From the NCBI RefSeq assembly GCF_028368995.1, contig NZ_JAQNDL010000002.1, positions 288,001-352,000 of the forward strand: a stretch of 64,000 bases of DNA, read 5' to 3'. Every line of letters begins with the position of its first letter. The stretch's first letter is position 1. Shown in pieces: positions 47,345 through 56,795 of the stretch. The stretch comes from Nannocystis bainbridge (lineage in GTDB: Bacteria; Myxococcota_A; Polyangia; Nannocystales; Nannocystaceae). The translations under genes were made by a program, and so were the position numbers. The notes beneath the pieces were generated by a model. It saw only the letters and a program-made list of their open reading frames with translations, ran no database searches and was not told where the DNA came from.

Positions 47345-49858
47345 GTGCTAACGTCGCCAGCCGTGCGCCCCGGCCGCGTCCTCGTCGTCCATCCGCCCGT
47401 GTCGGTGGCGCGGGACTTCATCGATTACCCGTACTTCGTCGACCTCGGGGCGGTGCAGCTGGCGGCGGTGCTCGAGGCCCGTGGGATCGCGTGCGACCTG
47501 GTGGATGCGTACGCGCTGCCGGAGCAGCGCGAGGGGCTGCGCGGCGCGGAGGACGTGGGGGCGAGCGAGCCGCGAGGGCCGGAGACCGTGAGGTCCGCGG
47601 CGGGCGAGTCGCAAGCGACGGAGAGCGAGCGAGCGGGCGAGGTGCGGCACGCGGCGTCGTCGATGCACTGGCGCAGCGACGGGCGGGCGCACCTGGGGGC
47701 GACGGTGGCGGCGACGCTGGCTGCCTGTGCACGGGACGTCGCGGCGGTCGTGGTCGCGGTCACGCCGTTTCACCGGCCGCCGGCGCGCGACGATCTGCTC
47801 GGCGAGCTGCTCGCGGGCCTGCGCGCGCGCCACGGGGCGGCGGTGCCGATCGTGCTGGCCGACTGCTACCAGTCGGGGCAGCACTACGTGGCGGCGCCGC
47901 AGCTGCTCGCCAGCTACCCGGAGGCGGACGCGTACGTGCAGTTCGAGGCCGAGGTGACGGTGCCGGCGCTGCTGCAGGCGTTCTTGGCCGGCGGGCCGGG
48001 GCCGCGCGGCGTGCACCGGGGCGAGCAACCTGTCCTCGAGGACATGCCCGTTCCGGCATGGTCCAAAGTCAACCTCGAGGCGTACCACGAGTTCCGCGCG
48101 GCGGTGGTCCGCGGGCTCGGGCGCGGCGGCTGGGCGTTCCCCATCGGCGGGCGCACGCTGCCGGCGGTGACGAGCCGCGGCTGTCCGTTCCAGTGCGCGC
48201 ACTGCAGCTCGAACCCCGACGTGGAACCGGGCCGGCCGAAGACGCAGCGGCGCCACGACCCGGCCGGGCTGCGGCGGATGCTGACGGCGCTGGCGCAGGA
48301 GCACGCGGCCGAGCGGGTGTTCATCCTCGACGAGCTGATCAACGTGCACCCGGCCCACTTCGATCATGTCCTGGAGGCCATCGGGGCGCTCGGGCTGGGC
48401 TTCGAGCTGCCGAACGGGCTGCGCGCCGATTACCTCGAGCCGCGCCACTTGCAGGCGATGCGCGGGCGGATCACGACGCTGAGCGTGAGCGCCGAGAGCG
48501 GGGTGCAGCGGGTGGTCGACGAGGTGGTCGGCAAGCGGCTCGACCTGGCGGCGATCGTGCGCGCGGCCGAGTCGGCGGCGGCCGCCGGAGTGCCGCTGAT
48601 GATCCACTACATCATCGGCCAGCCGGGCGAGTCGGCGGCGGAGATCAACGCGACGCTGAGCTTCGCGCTGGATCTCTGGGACAGGTTCAAGGCGTGGCCG
48701 GCGGTGCAGTTCGCGACCCCGCTGCCGGGCACGCGGCTGGCCCGCGCGCTGCCGCTGGCGCCGCCGCCGGCCGATCACGACTGGGGGCCGCGGTTCCAGC
48801 GGGCGCCGACCGGGGCGACGGTGCCGGCGGCGCTGCTCGAGAAGTTCCGCTGGACGTTCGAGCAGCGGCTGCGGGCGTCGCAGGGGCCGCAGAAGCTGGT
48901 GATGAACGCGACCTACGCGTGCAACAACCATTGCAGCTTCTGCGCGGTCGGGACGCGGTCGCAGCTGCACGGCGACGGCGAGCGCCTGCGCGAGCAGCTG
49001 AGCCACTACCGCAAGCAGGGGGTCGAGCTGCTCGACATCGACGGCGGCGAGCCGACGCTGCACCCCGATCTGCTGGGCCTCATCCGTCACGCGCGCGCGC
49101 TCGGCTACCGGGCCATCAACGTGACGACGAACGGGCGGCTGTGCGCGTACGAGGCGTTCGCGGCCCGCCTCGTCAACTCGGGGCTGTCGTCGCTGCTGTT
49201 CAGCGTGCACGGGGCCGACGCCCGCACGCACGCGCAGAACGTCGGGGTCGCGGAGGCCTTCGAGCAGACGCTGGCGGGGGTGCGCCACGCGGTCCGCCTG
49301 GCGCCGCGCGGGGTCGAGCTCGGCCTCAACGTGACGATCACGAAGCACAACGAGGGGCAGCTCGATGCCATCACGGCGCTGGCGTGGTCGCTCGGGCTGC
49401 GCTGGGTGAACTACCAGTTCCTGACGCCGTTCGGGCGGGCGACGGCGATGCTGGCGCCCGACACGGCGCGCGCGGCGGACAGCCTGCGGGCGGTGATCGA
49501 GGCGTGGCAGGACCGGATGAAGCTGCAGGTGATCAACCTGCCGTTCTGCTTCCTGCCCGGGCACGAGGCGCTGCTGCAGGGCGACCTCGGCAAGCTCGAG
49601 CGCCACATGGCGTTCGTCAACAACGAGACGGTCAACCTGGCGCAGTACCTGGCCGAGCGCCGGGTCCGCAAGCCGGTGTGCGCGTCGTGCCCGCACGCGT
49701 GCTTCTGCGGCGGGTTCTACGAGCTCGACGAGGTGCCCGAGCCGCCGTGGCTGATCGCGCCGGAGGACCTGGTGCGGCCGCTGACCGATCCGCGGCGCCA
49801 CGAGTCGGTGCCGGCCGAGCTGCGCGAGCGCCTGCGCAAGCGCGCGGGGCCGGCGTGA
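47345..49858 (+). CDS. Cobalamin-binding-type radical SAM fused to a second radical SAM domain
   Basis: N-terminal HPP...LGAVQLAAVLE; TSRGCPFQCAHC; second CNNHCSFC, GGEPT, TTNG; C-terminal CASCPHACFCGG. Confidence 0.9.
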   Translation: MLTSPAVRPGRVLVVHPPVSVARDFIDYPYFVDLGAVQLAAVLEARGIACDLVDAYALPEQREGLRGAEDVGASEPRGPETVRSAAGESQATESERAGEVRHAASSMHWRSDGRAHLGATVAATLAACARDVAAVVVAVTPFHRPPARDDLLGELLAGLRARHGAAVPIVLADCYQSGQHYVAAPQLLASYPEADAYVQFEAEVTVPALLQAFLAGGPGPRGVHRGEQPVLEDMPVPAWSKVNLEAYHEFRAAVVRGLGRGGWAFPIGGRTLPAVTSRGCPFQCAHCSSNPDVEPGRPKTQRRHDPAGLRRMLTALAQEHAAERVFILDELINVHPAHFDHVLEAIGALGLGFELPNGLRADYLEPRHLQAMRGRITTLSVSAESGVQRVVDEVVGKRLDLAAIVRAAESAAAAGVPLMIHYIIGQPGESAAEINATLSFALDLWDRFKAWPAVQFATPLPGTRLARALPLAPPPADHDWGPRFQRAPTGATVPAALLEKFRWTFEQRLRASQGPQKLVMNATYACNNHCSFCAVGTRSQLHGDGERLREQLSHYRKQGVELLDIDGGEPTLHPDLLGLIRHARALGYRAINVTTNGRLCAYEAFAARLVNSGLSSLLFSVHGADARTHAQNVGVAEAFEQTLAGVRHAVRLAPRGVELGLNVTITKHNEGQLDAITALAWSLGLRWVNYQFLTPFGRATAMLAPDTARAADSLRAVIEAWQDRMKLQVINLPFCFLPGHEALLQGDLGKLERHMAFVNNETVNLAQYLAERRVRKPVCASCPHACFCGGFYELDEVPEPPWLIAPEDLVRPLTDPRRHESVPAELRERLRKRAGPA

Positions 49859-50061
49859 GCGCGGGGCTGGCGTGCCCGCGCTGCGGCTGTCCTGAAGTGC
49901 AGGTGACGGGCGGGCGGGCGAGCGCGTGCGCGCCGCTGCCGACGCCGGAGCTGCTCCGCTGCCCGCAGTGCGAGAACACGGGGACGCGGCTGCCGCTGCG
50001 CGGGCGGCCGCTGGTGCGCTGGGAGCACGAGGCCGGCGAGGGCGGTGAAGGACATGTCTGA
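49855..50061 (+). CDS. Small Cys-rich zinc-ribbon-like protein (68 aa)
   Basis: GTG start overlaps the rSAM stop (GTGA); CPRCGC...CPQC. Confidence 0.6.
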   Translation: MSAGLACPRCGCPEVQVTGGRASACAPLPTPELLRCPQCENTGTRLPLRGRPLVRWEHEAGEGGEGHV

Positions 50062-50157
50062 GGAGACATGTCGAATCGGCAATGTCCTGCGGGACATGCT
50101 TATGAGGGCATGTCCCAGGGGACAGCGTCGGCGCGGCCCGGCGCGCGGAGCCGGCGT

Positions 50158-52407
50158 TCAGCGCGGTCGCTGCAGCTCGGCGAGGGCGCGCCCCAGGACC
50201 TCGTCACGGCCGGCGCGCACGCCGGCGATGGTGGAAGAGACGGCCACGTCGGGCGTGAGCGGGGTGTAGGGATCGCCGCCGCTGGCGCGCGCCTGGGCAG
50301 CGCGGGTGAAGCTGACGACCAGGCCGCCCGGCAGGCGGAACGGCTGCCCGTCGAAGCTGCCGCCGGCCGTGTCGCTGCCGACGAGCAGGGCGCCGTGGCG
50401 CGCGCGCAGGGCGTCGGCCACCGGCTCGACGTTCCGCGTCGCGCCGGCGTCGACGAGGATGGCGAGGCGGGCAGGCCAGGCCGGCGGGTCGGCGTGGGAC
50501 AGCTGGCGCAGCTCGTCCCACGCGTGCTGGCCCCCGGGCCAGGTGGTGTGGCGGTCGACGACGGTCTGCGGCGCGAGCAGGTGACGGGCGAGCGGATCGC
50601 CGACCCCACCGCGGAGATCGAGGACCGCGGCGTCGGCACGGGCGAGGCGCGCGGCGGGGAGGTCGGCGAGTTCGAGCCCGGACAGGTCGAGGTAAAGCAC
50701 GCCGGGGGCGAGCTCGCGGACCCCGGGGCCGACGTGGAGCTGCGGCGCGAGGGCGACCGGGACGGTGGCGACGGCGACCTCGCGCGCCGTGCCGTCGACG
50801 CCGCGGACCACGAGCTGACGCGGCACGCCGGTCTGGCCGCGAGCCAGCCGCGACAGCGCCCACAGCGTGCGCCGCTGCTCGCTGGCGCCGGGGGCGGTGG
50901 CGCGGGCGTCCGCCAGGGTCTCGGCGATGGCGACGCCGTCGAGGGCGAGGACGACGTCGCCGACGCGCAGATCGGGGGCGCGCGCGGGATCGACGGCGGT
51001 GATGACGACCTGTCCTTCGAGCCAGGTCCAGCGCAGGGCCAGGCGGTGGCCGAGCTCGACGTCGTTGTCGACGTGGACCTGGCCGGCGGTGTCGCCGACG
51101 GCGGCGAGGAGCTGCCAGACGACCTCGCGCAGCCCGAAGCGATCGCGGGCGACGGCGGCGCGGGAGAAGCTGTCCCGTAGGACATGTTCCCAGGCGGCGC
51201 TGCTTCGGGCCACGTGGGGCGAGAACTGGGTCATGTGCGCGCCGAGCAGGGCGATCGCGGTCAGGCGGGTCAGGCGGTCGGCGAGGTCGGGGCTGAACTC
51301 GGGCGGCCGGGCCAGCGGCAGGTCGGGGCGCGACGGCGGGGGCAAGCTGGCGGCGGCGGCCCACACGGCGAACGGCATGGTCGCGACGAGGCCGCGGCCG
51401 AGCGCGATCGGGTGGCGGACGGCGGGGTCGGGGACGGGGGTGTCCTCGGGGACATGTTCGAGGAGCCAGCTGCGATCGACGCGCTCGCTGGTGGGCCCGT
51501 GACGCCACACGAGCGCGCGCTCGGCCGCGTCGGGGCGGGCGATGGGCGTGAGGTCGGGGGCGCCGAGGCCGACGCGCAGCAGCGGGGCCCGCGGCTGGAA
51601 GGCCCGCTCGAGCGCGGCGGCCAGGGCGGCCGGACTCTCGGCGCGCAGCGCCGCCTGGACGCCGGCGAGCGCGAGCCGGTTCCAGCGGGCGCCCCCGGCC
51701 TCGTCGCCGGGATAAAACGATCGGACATGTCGCAAGAGCCAGGTGTAAGCGAGCAGGTTGTCGAGCTCGCGGGCGGTGAGCGGAGCCGGCGGTTCGCAGC
51801 CGGGGCAGGCCGGGCCCACGCGCTCGAGGGTGACGCCGTCGAGCTCGACGCGCGTTGCGCCGCCGAGGCGGACGGTGAGATCGAGGTGGTCGGCGTCGAC
51901 GGGGACGTCGAACACGAGGTCGCGCAGGGCCCAGCGGTGGTCGTCGAGGCGGATCGCGGCGCCGTCGACGACGCGCTGGTGCTCGCCGACGCGGGCGCGC
52001 AGCTCGAGAACAGGCGAGGCGCCGGTCTGCCGCTCGACGCGGGCATAGGCGAACAGGCGCACGCGCTGGCCGCGGAGGTCGTCGGTGGGGACGAGCCGGG
52101 TGAGCCGAGCGTCGCGCGGGAAGCCGTCCGGCGGGGCAGAGAGGGCGATCGCAGCGCAGCCGTCGAGGCCGGGCAGGAGCTCGCGGGCGGTGCCGTCGGC
52201 GTCGAGCAGGCTCCATCCGGCCAGCGGATCGGGGCGGGCCTCGAAGCTGCCGTTGGCGAGCGGGACGCCGCCGATCGCGGTCGGTCCGCAGGCGTAGGAG
52301 AGGGTGGCCGATGGGACATGTTCTTCGGGGCAGGTGTCGTCGCAGGCGAGCACGCCGAGCGCAGCGAGGAGCATGAGGAGGCGGGACGGAAGCAGGGACG
52401 GCATCAT
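50158..52407 (-). CDS. S41-family peptidase-like lipoprotein with N-terminal beta-sandwich and PDZ
   Basis: Lipobox VLAC; NGSFE..GW; LRVGDVVLALDG; VLDLRG; LVGSDTAG; PDV. Confidence 0.8.
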   Translation of the reverse strand: MMPSLLPSRLLMLLAALGVLACDDTCPEEHVPSATLSYACGPTAIGGVPLANGSFEARPDPLAGWSLLDADGTARELLPGLDGCAAIALSAPPDGFPRDARLTRLVPTDDLRGQRVRLFAYARVERQTGASPVLELRARVGEHQRVVDGAAIRLDDHRWALRDLVFDVPVDADHLDLTVRLGGATRVELDGVTLERVGPACPGCEPPAPLTARELDNLLAYTWLLRHVRSFYPGDEAGGARWNRLALAGVQAALRAESPAALAAALERAFQPRAPLLRVGLGAPDLTPIARPDAAERALVWRHGPTSERVDRSWLLEHVPEDTPVPDPAVRHPIALGRGLVATMPFAVWAAAASLPPPSRPDLPLARPPEFSPDLADRLTRLTAIALLGAHMTQFSPHVARSSAAWEHVLRDSFSRAAVARDRFGLREVVWQLLAAVGDTAGQVHVDNDVELGHRLALRWTWLEGQVVITAVDPARAPDLRVGDVVLALDGVAIAETLADARATAPGASEQRRTLWALSRLARGQTGVPRQLVVRGVDGTAREVAVATVPVALAPQLHVGPGVRELAPGVLYLDLSGLELADLPAARLARADAAVLDLRGGVGDPLARHLLAPQTVVDRHTTWPGGQHAWDELRQLSHADPPAWPARLAILVDAGATRNVEPVADALRARHGALLVGSDTAGGSFDGQPFRLPGGLVVSFTRAAQARASGGDPYTPLTPDVAVSSTIAGVRAGRDEVLGRALAELQRPR

Positions 52408-52805
52408 TATTAAAACTAAGTCCGGCGAAGGGCGAGGTGAGCACGGTACCACGACCGCGGGCCGTGGAGCGCCCCATGCGGGCCAACCGTGGCTCCATCG
52501 GCAGGCATCTTATGGGTCGCGTGGGCTGCGCCGCTGAACGGTGATATCGACGAGCGATTGTTGCGGCTGTCTGGCCGCGCGCGCGAGCGATGGTGGGCGC
52601 GACGCCTGCATGGGCCCCGAGGCCGCAGGGCGACAGCACACGGGCGGGGCAACTGGCGGCGAGATCCGGGCGCAAGGGCTGCCGCTGCGCCGATGCGGGC
52701 GGGGCGAGTTGGTGGCCCTGCGTGGACGTGAGGGCGAAGCTCGCGTCGCGGCGCTGGCGGGCGCTGAGCCGCGGGCGCAGCGGTGCGCGCCTGGGCGATC
52801 CAGGC

Positions 52806-53003
52806 GCGCGCCGCTGCTTCGTCGCGCGTGGTCCCAAATGCATGTCTTTGGGGACATGCCCTCGGGGTCATATGGACGGCGCGTTCAATGTCGTTATTTC
52901 AGGGGCGCGCCGCTGCTTCGTCGCACGTGGTCCCAGAGTCATGTCTTTGGGGACATGACCTCGGGTGCATGTGGGTGGATCGGTCGATGTCGTGTCATTT
53001 CGG
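52806..53003. repeat. 99-bp direct repeat x2 containing CATGTCTTTGGGGACATG
   Basis: Units start at 52806 and 52905. Confidence 0.75.
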
Positions 53004-53423
53004 GATTGGTGGGTGGCCGAATGTTCTCAGGGTCGACTGGCAGATCCGTTTCGGCTATGAACGACTGTCTCATTCGCAGGGCGACGCGGGATTCGGCGCT
53101 GACGGCTCCGGCGCGGGCGACGATCGCGGGCTGGCGAACGGCATTGATGGCAGTCGGCGAGGCGGTCGCAGCGGCCGAATCAATGCTCGTTCGGGCGGTT
53201 CTCCGCGCGCCCCGCCGGGGCCGCGGGGTCCAGGCAATTCCCGCGAATTCGTGGCTGGGAGGGGGGCAGGAGGGCGTCCTTGCGGCAATGGTCGGTATCA
53301 TCCTTTGCGCTTCGCCACACCGCAGCTTTGCCTACCCGGGACTACCAACCAATAGTTCGACCGGAAGAGCTCAGGCGGGATTGCCCCGCCGGCTGCTTTC
53401 GAGTCAGAGAAAGGAACCCTCCC

Positions 53424-54608
53424 ATGTTGCGTACCATTCTTGTATTGTTCCCCGCGCTCGCGTTTTCGCTGCCCGTCACGGCGACGGCCGCGGACGAAGC
53501 CCGGTGGGGCGGTAGTCATCAGGGCTACGGTCAGAACGAATTGCTCGAGCTCGAGACCTGCTTGGCCGACGTGGAGCAGCTGACCCAGAACCGTTCGTGC
53601 ACGATCCTCGACGAGGAGGAGTGCCTCGCCGCGTGCGACGTGGCGGCGGACTCCGAAGACGCCAATCGGTCCTGCCGCAGCTCGTGCGTCGACGCGGGCG
53701 TGGCGGTGTGTGAGCGCTGGGGCGGCAGCCAGGGCTTCGACCAGCACCAGGGCGTGATGCCGGGCAAACCCACCGGGCCGGGCGTTGACCTGACGCCGGA
53801 CCAGAACGTCGGCCAAGGCTTCGGCAAGGACATGGGCCAGGGCTTCGGCAAGGACGTCGGCAAGATCGAGCAGGAGCTGCTGCAGGAGCTCGAGCAGGAC
53901 CTCGACCAGAACATCGGCAAGATGGTCGAGCAGGACATCATCCAGGAGCTCGAGCAGGACATCGTCCAGGACCTGGACCAGAACATCGGCAAGAACGTCG
54001 GCAAGCTCGAGCAGGAGCTCGAGCAGGACATCCTGCAGGATCTGGAGCAGGACCTCGACCAGACGATCGGCAAGGACGTCGGCAAGAACGTCGGCAAGCT
54101 CGAGCACGAGCTCGAGCAGGACATCCTGCAGGAGCTCGAGCAGGACCTGGGTCAGACGATCGGCAAGGACATGGGTCAGACGATCGGCAAGCCGGGCTTC
54201 GGCAAGCGCTGGGGTAACCAGGGCTACGGCCAGCAGGGCTACGACCAGGGCTTCGGCAAGGATGTCGACCAGGGCTTCGGCAAGGACGTCGACCAGGGCT
54301 TCGGCAAGGACGTCGACCAGGGCTTCGGCAAGGACGTCGACCAGGGCTTCGGCAAGGACGTCGGGCAGGGCTTCGGCAAGGACGTCGGCCAGGGCTTCGG
54401 CAAGGACCAGACCATCGGCAAGCCGGGCTACGGCAAGCGCTGGGGCAAGCCCGGCTACAACCAGGGCTTCGGCAAGGAGCCGACGCCGGTCACCCCGGGC
54501 CAGTACGATCAGGAGCTGATCTACGTGCTCGGCTCGGAGTGCGCGATGCTGGTGCTCGACCAGACGCAGGGCGTCGGTAAGGGCGTCGGCAAGCACGTCG
54601 GCAAGTGA
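53424..54608 (+). CDS. Secreted low-complexity repeat protein (QGFGKDV and LEQD repeats)
   Basis: RBS AAGGA; signal peptide ending ATAA; Cys-rich N-domain; 24-bp tandem repeats at about 54243-54410. Confidence 0.85.
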   Translation: MLRTILVLFPALAFSLPVTATAADEARWGGSHQGYGQNELLELETCLADVEQLTQNRSCTILDEEECLAACDVAADSEDANRSCRSSCVDAGVAVCERWGGSQGFDQHQGVMPGKPTGPGVDLTPDQNVGQGFGKDMGQGFGKDVGKIEQELLQELEQDLDQNIGKMVEQDIIQELEQDIVQDLDQNIGKNVGKLEQELEQDILQDLEQDLDQTIGKDVGKNVGKLEHELEQDILQELEQDLGQTIGKDMGQTIGKPGFGKRWGNQGYGQQGYDQGFGKDVDQGFGKDVDQGFGKDVDQGFGKDVDQGFGKDVGQGFGKDVGQGFGKDQTIGKPGYGKRWGKPGYNQGFGKEPTPVTPGQYDQELIYVLGSECAMLVLDQTQGVGKGVGKHVGK

Positions 54609-54615
54609 GCCGACC

Positions 54616-54727
54616 TCGGCGGGTCGCCCGGACGATCGCTCGACGATCGCCGGGGACCCGCCGCGAGCGGAGCGCTCGAGGGTCTCTCGAGCGCTCCGCT
54701 GCGGGCGGCGAAGCGTTCGCCGCCCGT
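54616..54727 (+). terminator. Three consecutive GC-rich hairpins after the repeat-protein gene
   Basis: AGCGGAGCGCTCGAG-ggtct-CTCGAGCGCTCCGCT (54666-54700) and GCGGGCGGCGAA-gcg-TTCGCCGCCCGT (54701-54727), plus a long imperfect stem at 54616-54667. No U-tract. Confidence 0.5.
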
Positions 54728-55199
54728 GATCCGCTGAAACCCGCGAGTCCCCGCGCCACAGCCGGCGCAGCGCCCGAGCGGCAGATCGAGCGCCCCTTCG
54801 GACTCGCACGACCCCCGCGGCAGACATCTCCCGCGGCCTCGATTCCACAACCGGCGACCCGTCACGCTGACCTCGACTCGATGGATCGCCCGCCGGTCTC
54901 CTCCGTGCGGCTCTTGCTGCGTCGCGCTCGCCTGTCGTCTCGGCGAGTCGATTCCGCCACCGTCGCACTGCCGTCATTGTCCGGACCGATGGATCGGTCC
55001 TGTGAATCGCGCTCACGCAGGGGACCGCTCCGGCGGCCCTCTCCGCGCCACGAGACGAGAGGAGAATCATGCGAGGCAGGCGCTTGACGCCGCGTGACGA
55101 CCACGCCGCCTCGATGTCGCTCCCGAGGACCCAGCGGCGATCCTGCCGCTGACGACGACGGAGAACGTGCGAATCGGTCAGACCATTTCGAGGTGTCTC

Positions 55200-56456
55200 A
55201 TGTCATTCACGATTCTATCCTCTTTCTCCGCGAGCCGTCTCGCGGGCCGCCTCACTCTCCGCGCCGCGTTGATGCTCGCCGCGCCGTTTTCGCCGCTGAT
55301 CGCCTGCGACGAGCCGGTCGACGAGCTCGACGAGGTCACCGCCGACGAGGACGAGCCGGCGCTCACCGAGGAGCAGGAGGAGGCGCTGCTGTACCGCGAG
55401 GGTTGGTCCAAGGCGGATGACCCGCGCCTCCTCAGCAAGGACTTCAACTATGGGTTCCACGAGCTGCCGACCACGGGCTGGGCGCAGCGCGTGCCGTGGC
55501 CGGGCTATTACTGGCCGACCTACAACGACAGCATCAACTACCGCTGGGCCGGCGCGAAGGTCCGCTCGCCAGCGGAGAAGTACGGGGCCGCGTTCGGCCG
55601 CGCGGGGGTCGGGACGGTCATCTCCAACCGCTTCGGCGTCGGCAGCATCGGCGGCACCCGGGCGTGCAGGTACGACTCCGACTGCGGCAACGTGAACGGC
55701 CGCATGTGCGGGCGCCGGCGCGGCGAGTCGCGCGGCCGCTGCATCGAGACGTGGATGGGCATCTGTCACGCGTGGGCGCCGGCGGCGATCATGGAGCGCG
55801 AGCCCAAGCAGGGCATCTCGTTCAACGGGGTGCGCTTCGAGATCTCGGACCTCAAGGCGCTCATCAGCCTGGTCTACACCGAGGGGCTGTCGGTCCGCTT
55901 CATGTCGCTGCGCTGCAACTCCAAGGGCAGCCTCAAGAGCCAGGCGTGCCGCGACACCAACGCGGGCAGCTTCCACGTCGCGCTGGCCAACCTGCTCGGG
56001 GTCCGCGGCGAGTCGTTCGTGTTTGACCGGACCTACGACCGCGAGGTGTGGAACCACCCGGTGATCGGCTACAAGGTGACGCGCGATCAGGAGGTCTCGG
56101 CGGCGACGGCGAACGACATGATCAGCGGCGGCGGCTCGAAGTACCGCTTCAACCCGCACGCGGTCGAGCTGCGGCGCGTCCGCACCGAGGTCTACTGGAT
56201 CAACGAGGCGGGCCCCGGCTTCAACCAGCAGCTGGTCGACAACGTGGCGACGTTCACGTTCACCGAGGTCTACGACTACATCATCGAGCTCGACGGCGGC
56301 GGCGACATCATCGGCGGCGAGTGGGTCGGGGCGTCGAAGCGCCGCCACCCCGACTTCGTGTGGCGGCCGATGGCGAAGAAGGACACGACGGTGGCGGGCG
56401 CGGTCCGCTACAGCGAGGTCGAGCAGCTGATGCAGCTGGCCGGCGGCGGGATCTGA
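55200..56456 (+). CDS. GP42-type transglutaminase (TGase elicitor family) lipoprotein
   Basis: PWPGYYWPTYNDSINYRW, SPAEKY, TWMGICHAWAPAAI, NAGSFH, VWNHPV, GGEW and HPDF; lipobox LIAC. Confidence 0.88.
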   Translation: MSFTILSSFSASRLAGRLTLRAALMLAAPFSPLIACDEPVDELDEVTADEDEPALTEEQEEALLYREGWSKADDPRLLSKDFNYGFHELPTTGWAQRVPWPGYYWPTYNDSINYRWAGAKVRSPAEKYGAAFGRAGVGTVISNRFGVGSIGGTRACRYDSDCGNVNGRMCGRRRGESRGRCIETWMGICHAWAPAAIMEREPKQGISFNGVRFEISDLKALISLVYTEGLSVRFMSLRCNSKGSLKSQACRDTNAGSFHVALANLLGVRGESFVFDRTYDREVWNHPVIGYKVTRDQEVSAATANDMISGGGSKYRFNPHAVELRRVRTEVYWINEAGPGFNQQLVDNVATFTFTEVYDYIIELDGGGDIIGGEWVGASKRRHPDFVWRPMAKKDTTVAGAVRYSEVEQLMQLAGGGI

Positions 56457-56514
56457 CGCGGGCGGCTCGCCGGACCGCGCGTCACTCGCGGTCCGGGCCG
56501 CGCCCGTGACCAGG

Positions 56515-56560
56515 ATGACGGCAGCCCGATTCGCATGATTGCGGATCGGGCTGCCGTCAT
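56515..56560 (+). terminator. Hairpin after the transglutaminase gene
   Basis: ATGACGGCAGCCCGAT ... ATCGGGCTGCCGTCAT forms a perfect 16-bp stem. Confidence 0.55.
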
Positions 56561-56795
56561 TCGTGCGTCCGACATGGAGGCCCTCGCGCCGTCGTCTGCG
56601 CGGGAGACCCGTGGATGTCCCCGCGGCGAGCGCGGCGCGGCGCGGCCGGAGGGACGGCCGGGCGGCCGAATCGGGGCGGCTCGGAGGCGTTCGGCCCGGG
56701 CGCCGGTCGGCGCGATCGTGCCCGCGCGAGCGCGGCTCGGCGGCGCCGCGGCGATCCATCACCGCCGTGTTGGTGCGGTGCGGTAAGGTGACGCC

